Translations under genes and position numbers: made by a program
Assembly (NCBI GenBank): GCA_002633005.1
Contig: NMRA01000144.1
Location: 315,336-379,335 of the forward strand
DNA: 64,000 nucleotides
Direction of reading: 5' to 3'
Origin: Phoronis australis
Taxonomy: Eukaryota; Animalia; Phoronida
Shown here: piece by piece, positions 11,727 to 24,436 of the stretch
Layout of the letters: every line of letters begins with the position of its first letter
Position numbering within the stretch: position 1 is the first letter of the stretch
The notes under the pieces: model-generated
Database searches by the model: none
What the model was told of the DNA's origin: nothing
What the model saw: the letters and a program-made list of their open reading frames with translations, nothing else

Positions 11727-14381
11727 CTGCCCTTTTAAGCCTATGTAAACCAAGATGTAGCGCTTCTGGAAAGCTGTTACTCTCCAATAAGAAGCCAACA
11801 TTTTCTTTAAGAATGTCAGCTCGTTTTCGTCAGGTATGCTCACTAACTGGGCCCCATCTTTTTGGCATTTTCTTTGCGCGTGCCCCCATGTGCCTGGCTC
11901 GACCGTTCTAAACTGCTGCAAGGAATAGCATCCTCTGTCACTCAGAAAGTAGTCTTTGTTTGGGCAATATGTTGGCGAAACTCTGACAAAAGGCGCTTCT
12001 ATTTCAACAAGCTCAAATTGAAGCGAAAACCAGTCCTTCCTATCAATCTGAATCTCTACGAAGTCACTGCTTACGGTGTAGATAATATTCATGTCACTGT
12101 ATTTTCTGTCTATCAGATACGATTTTTCTGAGTATTTATTTCCACATGGGATTTCGAAGATTTTCTCTTTCACTGACGGAGCCCTGATGTGCGCACCACC
12201 CGAAGCGAAGCGCAGTTTGTATTGGGAAAATGTGTCAGTCCTGTTTGACTGGCAGTTTTGGTCTTTGCGGGACAGCAGCAACTGACATTTACCGGCACTC
12301 TCGGTGGAATGTCTGAGTAGTGAAAAAGTGCCACACGTACGCGATATTACACCGGTCTCTTTATCGTTGCATTCGAATTCCACGCAATGCTCTGAAAGAG
12401 GATTGAAAACATTTTGAACATTGAAAACTAGTTGAGTAGTTTGGAGCGCTCCTGGACACGACGATATAATCTCTGGTAATTTTTGCAATCGTTGATAGTT
12501 ACAAACAGGTAACAGGGGCGACGGTTGCGTGTACACTTGAAGACAGCCCGTTTTGACTTCACAGTTATATCCCCTTGACTCCTTTGTTTGCAGTTGCGCA
12601 GGGTGCGTCAAGTTTGCGACCGGAAAAGTTCTTTGGATGGTTCCATCGCTTAACTGCTGAGGAAAGTCGAGCAAAACAAAGCAGGAACGGCGAGATAAGT
12701 CGACGGCGTTGGGTGAATCGGAGTACACGGGAATGCAATCTGTTTCAGACACGAATGCCCTGATGTTAATGTTTTCTTCAGTAATCTTATTGACGTAAAA
12801 TACAACTGTCATGTACTCTTGGGTGCTGAAAATTGTGATTGGATCAAAAGGTCTACAGAATGGACCACGACGTTTATATTGGTTGTCTGGGGCGTCGCCG
12901 TCGTAAACCGCATATCCAGCAGTATTGCAATCATTGTCTATGTACGGCATTTTATCAATTGTGAGCTTAACGAAGTTTCGTTGGTTTGACGCTCGAAAAA
13001 CCCACGCACAGTTTACGATTTGTCTTGTTACGGTAAGAACTAATTCCGTATACAGCTTTGTCACCACGACTTGTCTGTTCACGGGTGATTTGCACTCGCT
13101 AGGCAATACATCTAAGCGATAACGTGACTTATAATTGATGAGCTGGTTAACGTGAACCGCAGGTAAGAGTGTCATACGTATCGTTAAGGAAGACGCCCTG
13201 AAATGTCGGTCACCTGCTGTAACGTCGGAAAGTAATAAAAGGTCTTCATTCTCATGTGATACCAAATTGGTCCCGCCATAAATTTTCAACTCGAATCCTG
13301 TTCCATTACTCTCATTTCTGGATTCTGAATATGCCGTAGCGTTCCAAGATATATCGATATCGTGACCGATTGGAACAGAAAGTTCCCACACAAATATCCT
13401 GTTTTCATCCAGTTCAAAAGATGGAAAACAACTTTTTCCAGTGGAGCACGCGATGGTTCCCGCGGGTTTTTCCGGAAATTTGACAACCCCTGTGATTGTT
13501 TTCAATGTTTTGCTCTTAGCAGTGGTGTTATATAGTATTTCAAACCCACCAGCAGTCAGAGTGGTGTCGCTTTCAAACACCACAAACACTTGATATGATT
13601 GCGGGTATAGCACGATGTCGTTGAAGAGTCCACAATACCTTCCCAACACTGGGGCGTTTTCAGATGGTCCGTTAAAAAGTATTAGCTTGTCGTATTCACA
13701 GTTAACGCCGGAGTATTCCAGAGTCACGTCTTTAATAGTTATCATCATTTGCGTCCCCTTCTCAACTTCTAACAGCGCAGTGCAGAAGGTAAGTGGACTA
13801 TAACCGGATTCTATCGTAGTTTTGAACAGGCCAGAATTATCCCCTTTCTCGTGGGAGCAGTATTTGGCCCGTTGCGCTTCGTGAACTCCACGGTATCCAA
13901 CAAACAGCCGTGCTTTGGCAGAAGCGAGGTGTCGAAAAATTATTTTCACAGCGCTGGCGTTCAATAGCCACACACGTTCATTCAAGTCCTGAACAGAGCC
14001 ACATATCAGGTAATCGGATTTTGTTTTCACCGGCACTGACGATGATATAAAATAGTTATTTTTTGGACTGTCTAGTAGCTCAATTTTCACGTAAGGTCCC
14101 GCGTCAGAGTCACAAGGACCTTTTTCTGAGGCAAAAAAATCAATGAAAAGCAACTCTATCCGTCTTCCAGCTCCAGGTTTTAAGCGGATTGTCCACTCTT
14201 GCTGAATTCCCTGTAAGCTTTGGTTAAAAACCGCGCCAACTGATATATTGCCTGAAAAGTCCTCGGTTTTTGGTGGTCCGATAGATTCTGGGCCGCCACC
14301 ACATCGTGTCTTTTGCATACACGCGAAGAAGAATTGAAACTCAACAAATAATTCGATGATTCTTCTAGGCGCGTAGTTCAT
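11727..14381 (-). CDS. Copy A coding exon 1: signal peptide, CUB-like domains, N-terminal half of CTL1 (paralogue of 51440-54112)
   Basis: 885 open codons from ccaccATG (strong Kozak context) at 14381 to the donor CAG|gtaagt at 11727. Colinear with copy B, e.g. CEYDKLILFNGPSENAPVLGRYCG and ETDCIPVYSDSPNAVD. Confidence 0.9.
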
Positions 14382-17300
14382 GGTGGTTGAGTAAAACGTA
14401 CTTGTAGCTGAAACAGAGTAGCAGTGGTTGTGTTAAGTGGTAATTTTTTATCACAGGTATCTCTTTATAATGCGCTAGAAGTATATAACACAGGGCCATT
14501 ATGGATTTATAAGTCATTTCAACAGGATAAAAGGAAGACAGTAACACAAGGTATGCACATACGAGGATTGAATGCTCAATTCTGTCCAGCCCGATCGTAA
14601 TCGGTGGAAGAACAAAGTGTCAACGAAAACCGCATTAAATTTCATGCATAAATAACGCGTTAAACAAAATTCATGTTCAGTTTAGAAACTCTTTTCATTA
14701 AAGTGATAAAATTTCTCGTATGTAAAACTTAATATACGCTCTCCAAATTTTAGAGTGGAAATTGGACACTCATACAAAAAATGAAATTCAGTTTCCACCT
14801 GTCTGTTTGACATAATATACAAACTATTTGGTCGACAACAATAGAACGAAGTCTGAAAACTTCAGTCATAAGCTGCAGTGTTCCAAACTATGTTCAGCTA
14901 AATAAGATCGTCTTTGGGTCCTAGTCTTCGGCTGCGGTTCGCGTTAATCACGGCAAACGGACTAGAGTATCTTGCACAAGTAGCATTTATAATCATTCTG
15001 CAAAACGGGTACGAGTTGTAATGTTCTCTACTGAAAATAAAATGCATTCCAAAATAGGTGACTGTGGCACTCCGCCAATGTTTGGGCTCATACCAAAAAC
15101 ATCGGTTAATCCTTCAAATGGTAGAACGACCACGACCCATAGAGTTAATATCCGTCCGTGGAGTATGAGTGGTTACATGTAAGCGGACTACTCGTATCTA
15201 ACTTGGTCACAGCGCTAATACGCCTATTAGTTTCTGAAAGCATGTCATTGGTATTTTTGTCGCGAGCACGAGTCTATCAACGGTAGACCCGTCTTCTGCC
15301 GCGGATGCCAGCAAATGTTGACCCTTCTCTAAATCGAGGTACATGTAAGCATCTTGAGCTCAGCAAACACTGCTTGGTGGTAGGGCTTCAGAAATTATAA
15401 GCTCTGATTCCCGGAAGTGTTGACATTGAAAAACATTTTCGACGTCTCCGAAGCATGCTGATGGACACGTTCGGTTTCTTAGCAAGTGTAAAAACCGTTT
15501 ATTTCTCCTTTTAGTCTATGAAAAGCACAGGAAGTGATCCAAGCGGTGATTAATGGTTTTGTGAGCATAATGTTACGGAACATTGATTATCCATACGATT
15601 ACGGAAACTCGTGTCAGAATTCAAGATGTATGTCCGGTGATACAAGGTGTTTCGCCGCATATCGTAAAAAGTTTGTTTCACGTTTCCATCGTTTTTGTCG
15701 TTAAGTGAAAAACAACTGCATATGCAGCGTCACGAACATAGGCATTTTAATACTATAGACCAGACGAACGCGCTACTGTAGCTGACAACTTGACGCCATA
15801 TTGGAAAGTGTTTCTAGTCACGTGACACGGTTAATCGCCATGTAAACAAACTGGGCAAATTGCCCTTTTCAAAGCGCGATATCTAACTCATAAAGAGGCG
15901 GAAGAGTGTGATTTTTTCAGAAACATAAAAAGCATGTGATGCAGCAGTTACATGCGTTTTTTAAGAGTCACTCAGTCATTAGAGAGATTATCAAACTAAT
16001 AGAAGTTTGAAACCACTGGCAGATTCCCTTGTGGCCTGTGCGGCTGCACACTTGTGAATCCACTGTGAGCGATTTTTTTTAAGAGAAACCAGTAAGATCG
16101 CGCAAATTTATCTTTTAGTTTGTGTCTCTCGAAGCAAATACAGCATATCCAGGAGTATACAGGGACGTGCCGCTCACGCGGTTGGTACGTACTGTCGTGG
16201 TGCCTCAATAAGCCTTTTCAGTACTGAAAAATGACGCTTTTAATGGGGTCTAAATTTAATGTGAACTACTGTGGAAATGACCCCACTGGGGTCATATAAA
16301 TAAATGAAAGGTTTTTAAGGTTCAGTAAAAAGCAAAGAACACAGACTTCCTTTGCTGCGCATCGCTTGGCATTTCCAACGTACAAATATTCTCTCACGCA
16401 CGGTATTCCTCTCTCACGGATCTGAAGAACCAGCTAGGCAATTTTCGGCGTGTTGTAGTATCCCCACACAGTGTAATTATTTGTTCTCAAAGAGAACAGC
16501 TACGCACCCACACATTATTTCGAACCGTTCCTTTCCATCCCCGGCCTTAATCTGATATACGTGCTGCACGTCCCTGAGCCGAGAAATTTAAAATTCTTCT
16601 CCCACGCAGGCTTGGCCTTCTGACGGTTTCAAATTTGACTTTTATAGTAAGAAAACTTGGGTGTGATCGGAAGATTCTTAACACGTGGCCAAGTATTTTG
16701 GGATTACTCTTCATGCAGCTAGTCAGATATTATATCCTGGCACGAGCAGTGTAAAAATAGCCAGTTACCGATTTGGGCAACTGAACGAAGGGCTGTTCGA
16801 AAAATAGTGATTGTTTTCGCTTCAGCCCAGCTCCTACACATCATACTCCTGGTGTACACGCAGTTCAGTATTTTCTCTCCGTAATTGCAGTTTACACTGA
16901 AAAAGCAAGGCATGTAGATTTTCCTTGCCGCGGGCGATTCATGTCACCCCCAGACATAAACATCCTCTTATCGAATATTGTTGAAAGATTGCCTATTGCG
17001 GGTATCATGTCGGCTTATCCCAATCCTCTGTTGAGGGGGAACCGTTAAATATTGGCGGGACAGGTTTCCGCGGACTTCAGAAGACATTTTTTCACGGGTT
17101 GAAAATTCTTCACATTAAATTTAGACCTTGTGAAAAAACTTACCGGGGTCATTTTTTCACGCCGTCATGATTTAATGCTATACAGGCTCGGTTGGGTATA
17201 TTTCCACTTGGTTTCGAGTGGGAAATTCTGTATTTTGGGTATGGGTCTGGTGCGCAATTCAGTCGCACAGGTTTGATATTTTGGTTACTATGCACTTTAC

Positions 17301-18087
17301 TTTTTTGCTCAAATTTTGAGTCATAAAACAAAGAGCAGTGCAAATGTATAGAATTTCCAATGTCAACTTCGACATAAGTATAGATTTTGGATTTGTTTGT
17401 TTTGATTCAATAGAAAATATCTGATTTTAGAATACATATTAGGAAATGAGTTTTTAAAGTAACTAATATATATTTCACTAAAGAATACATTATTCACTTA
17501 GATGTACTGATTTAGATGGCTGGCGGGTAAGTTCGGGCATGCAGATGTTGTTTCTCAGTACAAGTAAAAACATATGTGATTGTCATTAAAACCAAACATT
17601 TACTTAAGTTAAATTATTGAATAACAGCATATGGTGGTCAAAAATTATTTTTAATTGATCTTATATGGTCTCAAGTCACCAAGACTGAGGTTGAAACAAC
17701 GCATGGTCGCTCCGCTTAATTATGATGGCAGAAACTAAAAAACCTAGTGGCAGCACGACTAAATTCCATTGCCGAACCAAAAAGTCCACGACTCAATGTC
17801 AGGACCAACTCTTTGGCTGCAGGATTTTCTTACTGGTTCCGTAGGGCTCTCAGTTTTCTCCGCCATTTTTGCCCTGTGTAACACTTTCCAATACGGCATC
17901 ATGTTGACACCGCGAGCTCCATATATCTGAGTGGCGCGCGCCCGGTCTATATGATGTCTATGGTCACGAATGTTTTATGACTGCCTTGGTCATCACACTT
18001 TAGTTGAAGGAAAAGTTGTACCCTGGTAATTCATTTATCGACACAATGAAAAGAGCTTAGTCATCTGAGCACGATTAGTATCGTTTT

Positions 18088-18408
18088 CAGTGGCGGATCT
18101 ACGGGGGGGTTCAGGGGGTTTAAACCCAACCTCGGGCCAGGACCCAAAATTAAAAAAAACGTCTCCAGCAAAACAAAAACGGCACCGCCAGTGTGTGTAA
18201 ACCCCAAGTAAACCAACTTGGAAAGAAATGAGGGGGGGGAGTTCAGTCTGAAAATATGTTTTTTTGCATTGTGAATTGCTGTTATGAAAATCAACGCATT
18301 TCGAGTCTTCATGGCTCATCGGCAAAACCCCGGAGATCAAATGTGCGCGCGCTTCCGTCGCCACTTCTGAAGTAGACTAGCCAAGCATTTTAGATGGATC
18401 CCCCGCTG
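18088..18408. mobile_element. MITE-like element with imperfect CAGTGGCGGATC termini (hAT-like)
   Basis: cagtggcggatc at 18088 and gatcccccgctg ending at 18408. The same terminus occurs at 22497 (inverted), 63506 and, degenerate, ~46696. No clear TSD. Confidence 0.55.
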
Positions 18409-18639
18409 AAAGAGCAGCTCTATAGTTGATTTCTTTAGGTAACTAGTTTCTTTACTCTAAGATATGTTTTGATTTGATTAGGGGAAATACTGTGGTGACG
18501 CAACCCTGATATTCAGGCTAATTGACGTGCAACGTTTTTACCTCATCTGCCATGCCGTGTCATCATATTACACCCCACACGTTTGTAACTGGTGTATAGT
18601 AAAGTTGCCTTGTGCAGTATCATACAGTGTACATGTTCA

Positions 18640-19860
18640 TGTAATACTTTTGAAAAAAAAACTCGTTTTCCGAAGAATTGCTATTGTGGCGGGCGCCGTG
18701 GTCTGGTCGCGAGTCTGTTTGAAGATCATGGCACTCTAACAAGTTATGTCTATACAAGGAATGACCAAGGTGGCACTCACATTAACAAAGTGATCGCATT
18801 CACGAACAGTGTACAGTACTAGAAATTGCGGGGAGGCTGTATTTTCAAAACAAAGTCTTGCGGAATTTGTGCGATGTTCAATGGGCTACTGCCCTACTGC
18901 CGACCTCAACACCTACCGTCTTTCTACCTGCAATAAGCACCACTGAGGTTTTCTATACTGGGAATTTCCGCAAAAAGGCCCACCCGACGAAACGCCCATG
19001 CCAATAGGCATATTTTTTGATGTTAGTACTTCGGGTTTCAAGCGTTCACACATTGGGACGTTTATTTCGAAAATTGCAAGAGATGCAAATGGGTCCTGGG
19101 ATACATCGTCAAGGTTTGAAGATAGTCCATGATGAACGGAACAAATTTAATTGCGCATGCTGTAAGATGCACTCTAACAAGTTATGTCTATACAAGGAAT
19201 GACCAAGGGGGCACTCACATTGACAAAGTGACCGCATTCGCGAACAGTGTACAGTACCAGAAATTTGCTGGGAGGCTGCATTTTCACAACAAAGTCTTGC
19301 GGGACTCGTGCGATGCTCAATAGGCCTCCTAAGGAGCCCGAAGTGCCGTCCTCAACAACTACCGTCTTTCTACCTGCAATAAGCACCACTGCCATTTTCT
19401 ATACTGGGAATTTCCGCAGAAAGGCTCACCCGACGAAACGCCCATGCCCATGGGCATTTATTTGATGTTAGTACTTCGGGTTTGAAGTGTTCAGACATTG
19501 GGACATTTATTTCGAAAATTGCAAGAGATGCAAATGGGTCCTGGGATACATCGTCAAGGTTTGAAGTAGTCCGTGATGAACGGATCAAATTTAGTTGCGC
19601 ATGCTGTAAGTCTTTTGAATGGACTTGGTTATCTCAGGGGGCTTAGTGCCAACTGAGCTGCGAAACGAGATGCTGACATTGTAGAGGCGTACAAGCTCAT
19701 GGATAGAGCAGTTGACGAAGTGCAAGTGTTGGGAACAAACATCAAATATGTCTGGGTAGAATTGTTCCAAGACGAGCAAACCATTGGATCCGATATACAG
19801 ATTCCTCGGCAGCCTAGACACCAGAAAGATAGGACCAACGTTCCTGGAGAAACACCCAAG
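18640..19860 (+). mobile_element. Degenerate hAT (ZMYM1/THAP12-like) transposase fragment
   Basis: Plus-strand translation at ~19665-19860 reads KRDADIVEAYKLM...IQIPRQPRHQKDRTNVPGETP, resembling hAT transposase C-terminal segments. A TRW-like motif lies in the duplicated part. Confidence 0.55.
18731..19610. repeat. Tandem duplication with a 438-bp period (2 diverged copies)
   Basis: gcactctaacaagttatgtctatacaaggaatgaccaagg begins at 18731 and 19169; both copies end tgcgcatgctgtaag. Confidence 0.93.
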
Positions 19861-22023
19861 TAATAAGTTATATAATTCTACACAGTTTGTAATAATGTCG
19901 GTTTTTTATGCTTGTGTACAATGAAAACGAAATAGAAATTATTTTTGGACATGCCAAATTTACCCAGTACAGTAGAGGGTCTACGAGCGCACAGAAACTG
20001 ATTCTGGTTTGTATTTCCACTTGAGTCTATCTGCTTCATATCCAAAATCTATTTCAAATAGTGCGTAGTTAAATCTGTACTCAATACTTGTTTCTTCCAG
20101 GGAGTACCGGGTACTACAGAACGGTGCGAAAACCTTTCCTAGACAACCTCTCGTAGATGTGTAAACTACACGTATGAGCAACCACTGGGGATTAAAAAGT
20201 GTCTTGCAAAGTACTCTTTAGGTCTCGTGACGGTGCACACGATGTTTTGGTTTCGTGAAACTGTTTTCAGATGATTTGTTTCCTTATACATTTGACGTTT
20301 TTCAATTGTTGTCAACGTGATTCAGCTTAATAAAGTGATACTTAATTGTTTATCGTCACTTTTAATAATAGACTATGAGCTAAGAGCACCGTCGTTCGCC
20401 AGTTTTTCTCGTAACGAGAGAGAACACATGTTTATTTCCGGACTAACAGTGCAGGTCTTCGTTCTTAAAGTCCTTGTCTCACGCGTTGTTAACCCTTATT
20501 ACATGGTTAGAAGATGTTATAAGGATCCAAGAAGTACCTACCCCATAACTAATACACGATTTGTACTCGAAAACAGTTTAAATGAACGCGCCACTCACGA
20601 TTCGCACCCGAAGAAACACCGCCATTTTGAACTTGCCGCGAACCCGGAAGTACAATTCATTCAGGAACCCAGGCCGAGAACGCCGTCAGTGCGACTGGAG
20701 CAGTGCCTGTACTGTTACCAGCCAGCAAACGGGGATAAAAAAAATCGACAGCGCGCCTTAATTTTGATAAAATCAAACTACTGACAATTTTATGGAATTT
20801 GCTGAAGAAATGTGGCGAATAAATTTTGACAAATTATTTTGCCAGACTCGGGACTGCAGCCTATCGGACCCGGTGCGGATCGAGACCAGACACTCGGCGA
20901 ACGGTAAATGCATGCGGTTGCAAGCTGTTTTGTCGAAGTAAAATGGTCAAATGATAAATGCTGCATATATTCAAAGGTAGTTTCAGACACTTGCATGAAA
21001 TTACGGGCTGGTTAGTCCTGTGTCACACTGCTGGCCACAAACACAAAAAACACGAAAATTGAACAAAGTTTCTTTTTTGTAGCAACGTTTGTCAAAATGT
21101 ATCAACGTTAAATCTTCACAAATTACAAAGTAGCCGATTGAACATGCCTTTCAGTTCAGCAAAAGTCGACATTGTAGGTGCCGCCAGAAATGAGACGAAG
21201 TCCAACGGGAATTGTGAGCACATTTATCACTTAATGAGTAACAACTGCGAGGCTGAAATTTGGTGAACACTGCTAAATCGTGCAGAATAGTAAGTAAAGA
21301 TATGTCTAACTAAATTTCACCGTAATTTGTTGGCGAAAACAATTTACACAAAGTTTTAAACTCGTAACTCATCCCGCTGTCCTCCAATATGGCCGACGCG
21401 ATCCAAACAAAGTGACCCAAATTTCGCCACAAAACTTGCAATAACTTTACAGTGCTTGCCCCGATTTTGATACTTTTTCGATTTTTACTGAGTAGAATGT
21501 ACTACCTTTCCGATGATAGCAAAGTACTTTTTCAAAACGAGGAAAAAAATAAAACCGAAAAAAAATTGGTTCGACCCATATTGGTTCCTAGGTTCGACCG
21601 GCCTACGTAAGGAACTAAACACCAATGCTATTTTAACATACTAAGTACGCGTAACATTCCAAAAAAATCAACGACCACTAACTACAAACTATAAATACAC
21701 TACATATGCAAACGAATCACGATATATTACTAATAAAACAAAATAATGAAGACTTTTCGAGCAAGCCATAGCACATTCAGTTACAAGGAAAAAATGGCGG
21801 CGTTCAGGACAAGTTCCTGAACTGATGAGCCGGAAATGTGGGTACGGAAATAACCGATGACAACCGGTAATCATACGCTCAGAGAGAAGGGTCAAATACT
21901 GTTACAAAATCGCTTTTGGCAAGGAAGGCGAAAAGAATATAAAGAAAGGATGTCGAAAATAAGAATTTATGTAGTAAGTATTTTCGGATACTGGAACCAC
22001 ATGGGCAGTTTGCAACAAGGACT

Positions 22024-22497
22024 TTAAACAGCTTGAGGCTGTTGCGATCATCTGATATTCAAGATTTTACGCCCCGTCGGTGCTCCTTATGCTGTTGAAT
22101 ATTTGTTAGTTGTCTAAACCCCTGTATACACACCACACTTTTTCGTATGCTAAAAAGGTGTGTGTAAGCCGATGTTCCAACAAAAATTTTTGTTGGTGGC
22201 GTGACTCATACCCAAATGTGCACAAATATGGTTTCACGAAACTTGTGAGCTAAGTTCATGTGACGAAATCGAGAAGGTTTTTAATTATCTTAAGAAAAAC
22301 TCCAGGGACATGTTAAGTTCCAGAAACGTACCAGGATGCATGGAAATTTCACTGTTTGGCTACAAAAACAAAAAGTTGTCTTACACGGGAGGGGGTTTAC
22401 CCGACCTCCCTCCCCCCGCTCGGCGCCACGCGCCTCGGATTCGACCTTTGCGGGAATCCTAAACCCCTCCCTTACTGAAAACGTAGATCCGCCACTG
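22024..22497 (-). mobile_element. Dispersed ~470-bp DNA-transposon end; copy of 63506-63975 in opposite orientation
   Basis: Runs from ttaaacagcttgaggctgttgcgatcatctgatattcaag to gtagatccgccactg and is a near-identical reverse complement of 63506-63975. Confidence 0.9.
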
Positions 22498-22504
22498 AAA
22501 GTTT

Positions 22505-23391
22505 TATTATACCACAATATCAGCATTGAATGGCCAATACAACTGTGTAATAACCCATTTACTTATTCAACGGCGTTAAATAACATTTTGGCGGGAAACC
22601 GAGGCCGGTTTCGAACCCGCTCCGCAAGTTTCGAGTCGTCAACTTTACCACTGCGTACTGCACCACTCAGCAGCTGAAGTCATCGAACGTGAAAATAGAA
22701 TACTTAAATGAGCACGCGCAATAATCACATGTTCAACAGACGGCCTTGTACCGACATTTATACGCTATGAAAAATGAGACAAATATTTTCAATAAAAACG
22801 ATATTTTAGTTAATTCAGTGAAATATATCTCTCATTTTCTCTTACCTGTAAATCATCGAATTCCAATTTGAATGTGAGTATCGTGTCGTCGGGATCCTTT
22901 GACATTATTCTCAGTAACCAGTGGTAACCTACTTTAGCAGACGATATTTTCACGGTCGAAGCTTAGCATGATAACATTTGTAGTAAGCTAAGACTAGGTT
23001 CTAAAACTTAATTTATAGATTCACTTTATTTCTATTTTGTTTTTAAAATTAAAATTTTCAATGGGTTTTGAGTAAAAATATTATTTTGTCAAAAATAACT
23101 CAGCTTTTATTAAGAGGTCACGAACTTCGACCCCGGGCCTCTGACATAGAAAGTAGTTGCAAAGCCGAGACGAGTCGAAAAAGGTAGATCGATTCATTGG
23201 AATGTTTCTCGTTCAGCATGTGGTGTAAATAGATTATTAGATGTTCTCAGTCGTTAACTCCCTTATCTAGAGCATTTGAGGATGTTGGAGAATTATCGCC
23301 CTCGGGGCTAACGACCTCGGGCAATAATTCTCTAAAATCCACTCGGGCTCTAGATTTCGGGGGATAACGACTTCGCCATGTTATAATCTAC
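22505..23391. mobile_element. Interspersed element with an internal tRNA-like segment and a terminal palindrome; longer copy
   Basis: Shares ttataccacaatat, the tRNA-like block, gtgaaaataga.tacttaaatgagcacgcgcaataatc and the hairpin ggagaattatc.ccctcggggct.acg.cctcgggc.ataattctc...taatctaca with 27414-27866. Confidence 0.75.
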
Positions 23392-24436
23392 ATACATATC
23401 TAATGTCGTCTTTGCACATTGATGCCTTCGACTCGCAGCCAATTTCCCACATTGGCAGATGACGTCTTGGGCGGTACATGAATGGCCAATTACTAGAGAC
23501 CACTACAAAGGCAAACGTTAGTAACTAAAACTGACACTAGTGTGCGGTCCGAAACTCGTCACCAGCTTCATACTCAAAGGAAAACATTTAACAGATCAGA
23601 TCCTACAAGAGGTTTAGTAATCGTAAAGCGGCGGACGACGGACGCCCGTATTTTGAGACAGTAGCTAGGTAACGGCAAAATGTATCCTCATTTATCCCAT
23701 ATATGGGAAAATACGGATGCTGTCAACATTTTCAAATATGAAATACGGAAAAGTAGAGCCAATCCGTATACAACGGTAGACGCCGTATTCAAAGGTAGAA
23801 GCCATATTTTACGGTTAGTGAGTAGTCTCCTTATCGAGTAAATTTTTGTGCAACGCCAAATTTAATTGAGTTCGTTCATTTGGGCTACACAAATCATCAG
23901 TCCAAGGCGTCGTTCCTGAAAAAGCAGTTTTACTGCTCTAAAAACAGAAAAAATACCGATGAAAATTCCGACGCACGGTGATCAGGCGGCTATTTTTCGG
24001 CCTCGCTGAAGTTTCAATCTGGGTAATTATAAATAGGTCAAGCAAAATCAGCTGAAATCCAACGAAAACGTTTCGTTTTGGATGCATACAGTACATCTAA
24101 ACTGAGAGCTATGGTCTTTACAGGATCGAGTATGTGCTCTCCGTCGCTGTCGACCGTATCGTAAAATCTGCTGTTTGCTAGACAGTCTTTACCTCAAGTT
24201 GTGCAAATCAGCAGTTTCCACCGTTATTTTCTAATGCTGTGATCAACACGGGGAAACGTTTCTATCACTATTTACAGTCCAGAAGCTAAGACACGAACAT
24301 AGACTAATAAAACTAAGAAATTTATCGAAGCTAAAATGACACACTGCTGCACAACTCGATTCAGGGATTTTTTCAGTTTTTATATTCCCGGATGGATTGT
24401 TTCTAAGTTTCCGACAAACTTTTGATATTATTGAAT

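Noticed and set aside
20200-21610. Possible non-autonomous DNA transposon and a 155-aa ORF
   Set aside because: The sequence looks repeat-like, but no verifiable TIR pair, TSD or protein motif was found.
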